Shown one piece after another: positions 61,401 through 64,000 of a stretch of 64,000 nucleotides of DNA. Location: contig NW_019217818.1 in the NCBI RefSeq assembly GCF_002571385.2, positions 277,594 to 341,593 on the forward strand, in the 5' to 3' direction. The stretch's first letter is position 1, and each line of letters opens with the position of its first letter. The translations under genes and the position numbers were made by a program. A model generated the notes under the pieces. That model was not told the DNA's origin and did no database searches. It saw nothing but the letters and a program-made list of their open reading frames with translations. The stretch is from Stylophora pistillata. Lineage: Eukaryota.

Positions 61401-63933
61401 TTTACTTTGAGTTCTTATTAGTTTATGACGATGTCAACCTTTATTCTGATTGGCAGTTGTGATAATTTTGGATTTGTTTTTTCGACACTTCATTGAAAAC
61501 AAGAATTTTAGACTCACCGTGAGTTCCTCCATAACACTTTCAGCATTACTAGGGTCGGTATTCCAGCCCCGGTCTTGGACTTTCTCCTCGACTCTGTTCA
61601 ACCAGTCCAATTCACTTTGCAACCCAGCTTGAAACTGCTCCAGTTTGTGTTCAGCTTTCACCAGGCCCCCGAGACGGTTATCAATCTCGTTCAGAGCCGC
61701 TTGCCATCTCTCGAGAACGGCCTGGACTCTAGCCTTTTCAAATTCCTTTAAGTCGGGCAGTGATCTTCGAATGTCGTCAATTTTGTCCTTTCTCGGTTCT
61801 ATTTCGGTCTGGAGTACTTCCTGTGGGTTGAAAAAATAAAAAAAAAAAATTACACTTTTGTTAATTCTAACTGCTTACCAACGTAGCTTTAGAGATTGGC
61901 CCGAGGTCGTGGCAGTAAGGAAGAAATGTAGCGAGGCCCGTGCAAAAACGACAGGGAGCTAATATTCCTCAGAACAACTCAAACAAGCGAGGTTAGTAAG
62001 TTGTTAATCACATGGCACTCTGATTAAACATTTTTATTTTTAATTTACCGGCTTTCGAGAAAAAAAATCCCACGGTCTATGATCGTTTCCGTAAAAACGC
62101 TGCATATGACAAAAATTCTGACCAAGTAAGAACCCCTCAGAGCGCTATCTTATCCTTAAAAATTGAGGTTGCGTTTTCTCAACTCGCTTGGTTCTCAAAA
62201 AAAAAAAAAAAAAGGGGGGGGAGCGAAAGAAAAAGATAGGAATTATAGTCTTGTTATTTCTGGCTACCTGTATCACTTTTGTCTGATGTTGAATGTCCTT
62301 CAAGTTAGCAGTGAGTCCCGGCTGTTGAATAAGAATCACTTCGACGCGTCGCAAACTGTTTTCAAGATCTGTCACCAGTTCAGCGATGTTCAGCAAAAAC
62401 ACAAGCCTATCGATTGGTGAAAAAAAGTGAGCCTGAATTAGCAAGTGATATGAGAACTACTATGACAAGTTCGCACGATCGACGGACAAAAGGAAGAAAG
62501 TAATGTTAATTCGACGCCGGCTAAACGCGATTGTTGGAAACTTAGGCGAGCTCTGACGAGAGCATGCACAACAAAACAAGACAAAGAACGCTTTCAGATT
62601 CAGTTTCGTAAAATCCAAACCAAAGTTATCATATCAGTCAATCAAAAGAAAGGAAAATACCAGTAAGAGCTAATGAAAGCCCAGGGTAAAAACAACCAAA
62701 CTTCCTAAGGCGCGGGATAACGGTTTTAGTTTTGCATCTGATGCGCGGAGAGAGTGGCGCGAGTTTTCTGAACCAATCAGAAAGCGAAGTAAAGCAAACA
62801 CAAAGCAATCTCGGAATTGCCCCAGGCATGAACATAAGTACGGGATTGACAGAACACCAAGCATTTGGAAGTCCATGATATTGATTCGCAAGTCGTTATT
62901 CTTCTATTCATAAATCCTTGTACGTACTATCATTAATACACAGCCAATATTGAGTTAGTGTCGATAGCATTTTGAACGATTCGGATCAGGGTTCAAATGC
63001 CTCCTGGAACTTATATCACAGTGAAAGAATTTCGCGGGAAAAATACGCGTTTAAGAATTGATTTAGCCTAAACTCACATTTTGTGCCAAATGTTTGCATC
63101 TTTCTTAACGTGTTTCCATTTTTCCGACAGTAAACCTAATTTACTCTGTAGTTGAGGATCCATCTGAGTCACCACAGATTGTGTCAAGGAGTCGTACTGC
63201 GGTGTTCTTTGTTTCTGCTCCTCTTGCAATTTCTAAAATGCAACATAGTACACCATGATTATCAGGGAACAAAAAAATTACATCTTGAAAAAGATTTCAT
63301 ACGATGAATGAACGTTCCATAGTTTGCTTATCGATACAAAGCCAGTGTCACTTATAGCCTGACGAAGACTAGCAGCAAAGCAGTCGAAACGTCGCGATCG
63401 ATGAGGTCGAATACCTTCATGATTCTATAGATGCAACACATGCTTCCGTGTGATGCAGCGATGCGTTTTGATAAGCACTCCTTGCAATAATGAGAATCAA
63501 AATGCAAAAACTAGTGCATACGGAAAAGAAAGTAGAGATAGTTAGCTGCTGCTTACTTCTAACCCTAAAGATTGCGACGCTCCATCTCACAGCAAACTAT
63601 AACTTACAGGTTTTCTTTAGCCTCCGACTCACGTTCAACAAACATTTCTCATACTCTCCCCAACATCCGGTGTGGGTTATTACGCCAGTAAATCGATGGA
63701 AAGTGCGGTCAAATGCTTAAATAACTAGTTACTGAGTTCGTGCATGTTTACCGCATGATTGCATAGCAATGTATTTCTATTGTATGGACAAGTAAAGAAT
63801 AAATCACCTCAACTTGCTGAAGAGTGCTAGACAGGCTTCTTTGGTTTAGAGTCTCAAGTGACTTTGTTTTCAAAACTTCCTCAGCTCTGTTGACCCACGC
63901 AATTAGATCATTTAGAGTGCTCTGAGCACTTTG
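1..63933 (-). CDS. MACF1/DST-like: Giant spectraplakin (MACF1/dystonin/Shot-like) gene, partial multi-exon CDS (59 exons, about 7,180 aa in window; start and stop outside window)
   Basis: Chain of GT(GC)-AG-bounded minus-strand exons that splice in frame. They encode ~110-aa spectrin repeats with spectraplakin-type linkers (EPISxxPExVKxQL, PISAxYxxxxxQ, PVSCD). Elongated repeats at 52.6-53.4 kb and 60.0-60.8 kb resemble the end of a plakin domain (recalled, not searched). Confidence 0.85.
158..420. repeat. ~260-bp interspersed repeat family; other copies at ~47390-47650, 61245-61500 (inverted), 62590-62820; partial at 20730 and 21600
   Basis: Shared motifs ccaatcagaagaaaggaaaatac...gagccaatgagaactcaaagt...aagcgcgggaaaa...gtggcgc(a/g)agttttct. 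Confidence 0.75.
1641..1769 (-). CDS. Candidate alternative first coding exon, 43 aa (MKESGLRQQKSNGRRSRRVC...HEDFIL)
   Basis: aatATG is the first Met after an in-frame stop; phase-0 donor TTG|gtaatt; in frame with the exon at 1-80. Confidence 0.45.
2927..3259 (-). CDS. Exon 58, 333 nt, repeat type D
   Basis: cttcag|GCT ... CAG|gttggt; ALLSALEEQ...QLEEAQ. Confidence 0.93.
3826..7452 (-). CDS. Exon 57, 3627 nt, 11 spectrin repeats (ABCDABCDABC)
   Basis: ataacag|AGT ... GAG|gtaaat; lies within the 1212-aa ORF. Confidence 0.96.
7672..8004 (-). CDS. Exon 56, 333 nt, type D
   Basis: ttacag|GCT ... GAG|gtaagt. Confidence 0.94.
8486..9139 (-). CDS. Exon 55, 654 nt, types B+C
   Basis: ttacag|ATC ... 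AAG|gtaagt. Confidence 0.94.
9747..11063 (-). CDS. Exon 54, 1317 nt, types B+C+D+A
   Basis: ataacag|CCT ... GAG|gtacag. Confidence 0.94.
11361..12011 (-). CDS. Exon 53, 651 nt, types D+A
   Basis: ttctag|AAA ... GTG|gtaaga. Confidence 0.93.
12805..13143 (-). CDS. Exon 52, 339 nt, type C
   Basis: cgacag|ACT ... AAG|gtaaga. Confidence 0.92.
13318..13854. mobile_element. Non-autonomous DNA transposon (MITE), Kolobok-type ends
   Basis: TTAA on both flanks (13314-17, 13855-58); AG...CT termini; ~90-bp imperfect TIRs (agtgcctatgacatgaatttttt / aaaaaattcatgtcacaggcact). Confidence 0.85.
14337..14666 (-). CDS. Exon 51, 330 nt, type B, probable GC donor
   Basis: cttaag|GTG ... GAG|gctagt; length equals that of other type-B exons. 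Confidence 0.85.
14918..15250 (-). CDS. Exon 50, 333 nt, type A
   Basis: ttacag|AAT ... CAG|gtatgt. Confidence 0.93.
15662..15994 (-). CDS. Exon 49, 333 nt, type D
   Basis: gcatag|ACG ... CAG|gtttat. Confidence 0.9.
16255..16410 (-). mobile_element. Decayed tRNA-derived SINE-like fragment
   Basis: Minus strand reads cgcgctgggctccggg...ccaggttcaacacc (B-box-like), then gggcgagacactt...ctcacagtgcctctc; similar decayed piece on + at ~25970-26150. Confidence 0.5.
16494..16820 (-). CDS. Exon 48, 327 nt, hybrid A/C unit
   Basis: ttacaag|GGG ... GAT|gtaagt. Confidence 0.9.
17194..17514 (-). CDS. Exon 47, 321 nt, type D
   Basis: tctcag|GCT ... CAA|gtaagt. Confidence 0.92.
17811..18149 (-). CDS. 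Exon 46, 339 nt (342 nt with the upstream NAGNAG acceptor at 18152), type C
   Basis: ttacagcag|TTC ... AAG|gtacag. Confidence 0.88.
18270..18455. repeat. Palindromic interspersed repeat family; related copies at ~23070-23230 and 49920-50180
   Basis: Shared caactgagttgataatgtaaa...ccgtaaagagttt...gctgac...gttagcccttcg and accaaattatcttg...ccaccgacgc motifs. Confidence 0.7.
18783..19115 (-). CDS. Exon 45, 333 nt, type B
   Basis: ttcaag|GGT ... AAG|gtaagt. Confidence 0.92.
19261..19440. mobile_element. hAT-like MITE, copy 1
   Basis: TIR cagggctcgacactaac / gttagtgacgagccctg; near-identical to 48631-48816. Confidence 0.8.
19473..19805 (-). CDS. Exon 44, 333 nt, type A
   Basis: ctgcag|GCC ... 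GAG|gtaatc. Confidence 0.92.
19921..20076 (-). CDS. Exon 43, 156 nt, second half of a type D unit
   Basis: gtacag|GTT ... AAG|gtaacg. Confidence 0.9.
20533..20688 (-). CDS. Exon 42, 156 nt, first half of a type D unit (absent from ORF track)
   Basis: tcccag|GAA ELLSTLEEQKADLEVV...KLKRQK AAG|gttccg. Confidence 0.85.
21254..21384. repeat. (TTG)n-type imperfect microsatellite
   Basis: Long run of tgt/ttg units. Confidence 0.95.
21817..22155 (-). CDS. Exon 41, 339 nt, type C
   Basis: tttcag|GCC ... GAG|gttcgt. Confidence 0.92.
22573..22902 (-). CDS. Exon 40, 330 nt, type B
   Basis: atgcag|GTG ... CAG|gtaacc. Confidence 0.92.
23394..23726 (-). CDS. Exon 39, 333 nt, type A
   Basis: caacag|GAT ... 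GAG|gtgcgg. Confidence 0.92.
24091..24231 (-). CDS. Exon 38, 141 nt, second part of type D, GC donor
   Basis: ttgtag|GTG VIENAEDFQTAIFEFEAWLPK...QLKEAE GAG|gcaaga; 141+192=333 nt. Confidence 0.87.
24505..24675. repeat. Interspersed repeat fragment (SINE-like)
   Basis: ggccagaccacaac...gtgggttctttaacgt..cctgctaacc...gagaagactaaaatgtct resembles a common coral repeat (recalled, not searched). Confidence 0.4.
24710..24901 (-). CDS. Exon 37, 192 nt, first part of type D
   Basis: gtttag|ACC ... CAG|gtgaaa. Confidence 0.9.
24998..25336 (-). CDS. Exon 36, 339 nt, type C
   Basis: ttccag|GCC ... AAG|gtgagt. Confidence 0.93.
25609..25938 (-). CDS. Exon 35, 330 nt, type B
   Basis: ttccag|ATC ... AGG|gtgaga. 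Confidence 0.92.
26208..26540 (-). CDS. Exon 34, 333 nt, type A
   Basis: tgctag|AAT ... GAG|gttagt. Confidence 0.92.
26838..27545 (-). mobile_element. 5'-truncated, frameshifted non-LTR retrotransposon (CR1/L2-group) 3' fragment
   Basis: RT C-terminal motifs DLKWNAHV...KKVNKRLYFLRQLKR...IRSVMEYAC...LERCQK, then HKLHKLLP...RTNRCHDSFI in another frame; 3' tail with short stem-loop aattcaaccttcggttgcaatg...aattaaactgtctatct. Confidence 0.88.
27670..27843 (-). CDS. Exon 33, 174 nt, second part of type D
   Basis: cgatag|ATT IRLKERKVKLEKYIRT...QLQHVQ CAG|gtacat. Confidence 0.87.
28193..28303 (-). CDS. Exon 32, 111 nt, first part of a shortened type D unit
   Basis: gcaacag|AAA KCIDVLEKTEIKLLRL...RVMQ CAG|gtgagt; an upstream in-frame TGA excludes the acceptor at 28349. 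Confidence 0.75.
28398..28517 (-). CDS. Exon 31, 120 nt, second part of type C
   Basis: tttcag|GTG ... AAT|gtaagt; 120+219=339 nt. Confidence 0.9.
28846..29064 (-). CDS. Exon 30, 219 nt, first part of type C
   Basis: cgacag|GCT ... CTG|gttcgt. Confidence 0.88.
29128..29499. mobile_element. hAT-like MITE with 8-bp TSD
   Basis: TIR taggatcagataagttat / ataatttatctgatccga; flanks ctgacgaa / ctaacgaa (7/8). Confidence 0.8.
29588..29926 (-). CDS. Exon 29, 339 nt, type B
   Basis: tttaag|GTC ... AAG|gtgatt. Confidence 0.92.
30546..30878 (-). CDS. Exon 28, 333 nt, type A
   Basis: ttccag|GCC ... AAG|gtaact. Confidence 0.92.
31383..31712 (-). CDS. Exon 27, 330 nt, type D
   Basis: cttcag|GGT ... 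CAG|gtgaga. Confidence 0.92.
31845..31901. repeat. 16-bp tandem repeat, about 3 copies
   Basis: aaatcg(g/c)gtttcagcg repeated. Confidence 0.85.
31939..32268 (-). CDS. Exon 26, 330 nt, hybrid B/C unit
   Basis: gtccag|GCC ... AAG|gtatgc. Confidence 0.92.
32755..32913 (-). CDS. Exon 25, 159 nt
   Basis: ttgcag|GAG ... ACG|gtaagt; helix-A motif FISWLSRAE. Confidence 0.88.
33292..33433 (-). CDS. Exon 24, 142 nt (follows a phase-2 intron)
   Basis: cgaaag|G TTA ... CAG|gtaaat. Confidence 0.85.
33511..33809. repeat. Interspersed repeat containing a ~115-bp near-perfect palindrome
   Basis: 33517-33632 is self-complementary around gaggcgctacgcgcctc; short attatt/aataat ends. Confidence 0.7.
34047..34144 (-). 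CDS. Exon 23, 98 nt (ends in phase 2; absent from ORF track)
   Basis: atgcag|GCT AIHEEISKHKPLLTTATLTGDWLIRNAQRSSA GT|gtaagt; restores frame with exon 24. Confidence 0.88.
34337..34513. mobile_element. Fold-back MITE with ~50-bp TIRs
   Basis: atttccgaattacccttggcctc...ctggtgct versus agcaccagg...gaggccaagggtaattcggaaat. Confidence 0.75.
34525..34729. mobile_element. piggyBac-type ~205-bp MITE (TTAA-CCC...GGG-TTAA). Related copies near 9203, 21383, 27940, 30950, 48407, 50604, 51925, 55795, 60237, 60930
   Basis: TTAA flanks, CCC/GGG termini; shared internal motifs such as accaaattctc and ggaaatgt...aacagta...gagaat recur in many introns. Confidence 0.75.
35002..35322 (-). CDS. Exon 22, 321 nt, type D
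   Basis: ttctag|AAC ... GAG|gtaaac. Confidence 0.92.
36079..36663 (-). CDS. Candidate alternative first coding exon, 195 aa unique N-terminus
   Basis: aaaATG is the first Met after an in-frame stop; long intronic ORF in gene sense; phase-0 donor GAG|gtaggg just before the ORF closes. Confidence 0.6.
38533..38610. repeat. (AAT/GAT)n microsatellite
   Basis: aatgatgatgataataataat... Confidence 0.9.
39178..39504 (-). CDS. Exon 21, 327 nt, hybrid B/C unit
   Basis: ccgtag|GAC ... AAG|gtgagg. Confidence 0.92.
40904..41032 (-). promoter_or_regulatory. UGCAUG cluster (Rbfox-type intronic enhancer), 4 copies
   Basis: catgca on + at 40904, 40993, 41016 and 41027, i.e. 44-172 nt downstream of the exon 20 donor. 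Confidence 0.6.
41076..43280 (-). CDS. Exon 20, 2205 nt (735 aa): acidic, probably disordered insert with EEYxDxxGxxVxRxV repeats, ending in a spectrin helix A
   Basis: ctttag|GAT ... AAG|gtattc; open throughout; phase 0 at both ends. Confidence 0.9.
43417..43832. mobile_element. MITE-like element with imperfect TIRs
   Basis: taggcggattc...ttgtttacatttttgctcatttgcata versus tatgctaatgaggcaaatattgtaaacaaggattccccta. Confidence 0.6.
44885..44947 (-). CDS. Candidate alternative first coding exon MNPVVTAVGRVFGLFRRRRKD
   Basis: acaaATG start and consensus phase-0 donor GAT|gtgagt, in frame with exon 20. Confidence 0.55.
45658..45676 (-). other. Candidate 19-nt microexon encoding REQPR-stop
   Basis: First AG after a ~138-nt AG-free zone (ttcccaag|CGA); perfect donor AAG|gtaagt; in-frame TAA. 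Confidence 0.6.
45695..45798 (-). promoter_or_regulatory. YCAY cluster (Nova/Pasilla-type splicing element), 10 copies
   Basis: 10 RTGR tetramers on + (YCAY on the transcript) in 104 nt directly upstream of the microexon. Confidence 0.6.
45836..46030 (-). CDS. Exon 19, 195 nt
   Basis: taacag|GCC ... AAG|gtaagt. Confidence 0.9.
46451..46657 (-). CDS. Exon 18, 207 nt
   Basis: ttacag|GAA ... AAG|gtaact. Confidence 0.9.
47234..47344 (-). CDS. Exon 17, 111 nt (absent from ORF track)
   Basis: ttccag|ACC TLQKEIAQNKGDVELLLKAGNDLL...EEIQ CAG|gtataa. Confidence 0.88.
48033..48371 (-). CDS. Exon 16, 339 nt
   Basis: ttgcag|GCA ... AAG|gtaaga. Confidence 0.92.
48631..48816. mobile_element. hAT-like MITE, copy 2
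   Basis: Same TIRs; flanks acattatt / acattagc (6/8 match, TSD-like). Confidence 0.8.
49081..49407 (-). CDS. Exon 15, 327 nt
   Basis: tttcag|CAT ... AAG|gtagaa. Confidence 0.92.
50307..50585 (-). CDS. Exon 14, 279 nt (alternative acceptor at 50576 possible)
   Basis: tcccag|ATT ILQVEVNRNG ... CAG|gttaga. Confidence 0.85.
51098..51412 (-). CDS. Exon 13, 315 nt
   Basis: cggtag|GTT ... AAG|gtaacg. Confidence 0.9.
51691..51880 (-). CDS. Exon 12, 190 nt (follows a phase-2 intron)
   Basis: ttgcag|G CTT ... AAG|gtaccc. Confidence 0.88.
52591..52736 (-). CDS. Exon 11, 146 nt (ends in phase 2)
   Basis: tttaag|GTT VFHAELERSVATLE...LADINERYS AG|gtagag. Confidence 0.88.
53365..53448 (-). CDS. Exon 10, 84 nt
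   Basis: atttag|CAT HFVDDVKDHERDLKEVNQSGEDFLHEAK|gtgacc. Confidence 0.88.
54463..54555 (-). CDS. Exon 9, 93 nt
   Basis: tttcag|GCT AWLKKAEDQ...LLIHK|gtttgt. Confidence 0.87.
55145..55384. repeat. Tandem minisatellite, 4 x 60 bp, near-identical units
   Basis: cattaaggcaagcccttaggctagatctcggttaatccaccagcgtcagga(g/c)ccgagcgc repeated four times. Confidence 0.97.
55515..55760 (-). CDS. Exon 8, 246 nt
   Basis: atccag|AGA ... TTG|gtatgc. Confidence 0.88.
58598..58738 (-). CDS. Exon 7, 141 nt (absent from ORF track)
   Basis: gttcag|GTT VEEACLQWCSSIQHLLDWLSDTE...EEQK|gtaaga. Confidence 0.9.
59781..59942. repeat. Direct tandem duplication, 2 x ~80 bp
   Basis: atattc.ccacgataatcg...gtcgggaagta.ttaagaacagat..gcctctggttcaaatttcgt.tag occurs twice. 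Confidence 0.9.
59984..60208 (-). CDS. Exon 6, 225 nt
   Basis: tgctag|ATG ... GAA|gtaagt. Confidence 0.88.
60674..60757 (-). CDS. Exon 5, 84 nt
   Basis: tttcag|TCC SLYTDIRSQQVPIKTLCTVGHEYSDESQ|gtgagc. Confidence 0.86.
61518..61820 (-). CDS. Exon 4, 303 nt
   Basis: ccacag|GAA ... ACG|gtgagt. Confidence 0.9.
62268..62406 (-). CDS. Exon 3, 139 nt (follows a phase-2 intron)
   Basis: cgatag|G CTT ... CAG|gtagcc. Confidence 0.85.
63078..63232 (-). CDS. Exon 2, 155 nt (ends in phase 2)
   Basis: ttttag|AAA KLQEEQKQRTPQYDSL...IWHK AT|gtgagt. Confidence 0.87.
63354..63398 (+). ncRNA. Minimal type-I hammerhead-ribozyme-like motif (Penelope/retrozyme type)
   Basis: atagc-CTGACGA-a-gact[agcagcaaagc]agtc-GAAAC-GTC-gcgat: catalytic core, 4-bp stem II, palindromic ACGT stem III, short stem I. 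Confidence 0.5.
63808..63933 (-). CDS. Exon 1 of window, 126 nt
   Basis: tttcag|CAA QSAQSTLNDLIAWVNRAEE...QQVE|gtgatt. Confidence 0.87.
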
Positions 63934-64000
63934 CTGAAAAGTAAAAAAAACCACCCGAAATGTCAATAACTTTGACAAATTGTGTGCGTCTTGTTTTGGG

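Noticed and set aside
1-63933. Nesprin/Msp300 or dystrophin identity, or many separate small genes as the ORF track suggests
   Set aside because: Exons splice into one frame, and linkers and plakin-end-like repeats fit spectraplakins better. No KASH, WW/ZZ, CH, EF-hand or GAR domain is in the window, so identity is not proven.

Overview
Eukaryotic (animal) genomic DNA. The intronic repeat families look like those of scleractinian corals, but this is recognised from memory, not from a search. The whole window lies inside one giant minus-strand gene with both ends outside the window. It encodes a spectraplakin-type (MACF1/dystonin/Shot-like) spectrin-repeat protein. By hand I placed 59 in-frame coding exons (about 21.5 kb, about 7,180 aa). 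Nearly all introns are phase 0; three are phase 2 and two use GC donors. The rod downstream of 39.5 kb has about 48 repeats arranged as a four-repeat (A-B-C-D) super-unit. The most interesting region is 40-46 kb, which holds four linked elements. (i) A 19-nt stop-codon microexon behind a dense YCAY (Nova-type) cluster. (ii) A candidate internal first exon (MNPVVTAVGRVFGLFRRRRKD). (iii) A 2.2-kb non-spectrin exon with 6-7 copies of a motif resembling the ankyrin obscurin/titin-binding motif. (iv) A UGCAUG (Rbfox-type) cluster just downstream of that exon. Further candidate phase-0 alternative first exons lie at 36.1-36.7 kb and 1.1-1.8 kb. Introns contain many MITEs (Kolobok-, hAT- and piggyBac-type ends), SINE and LINE fragments, tandem repeats and one Penelope-type minimal hammerhead-ribozyme-like motif.
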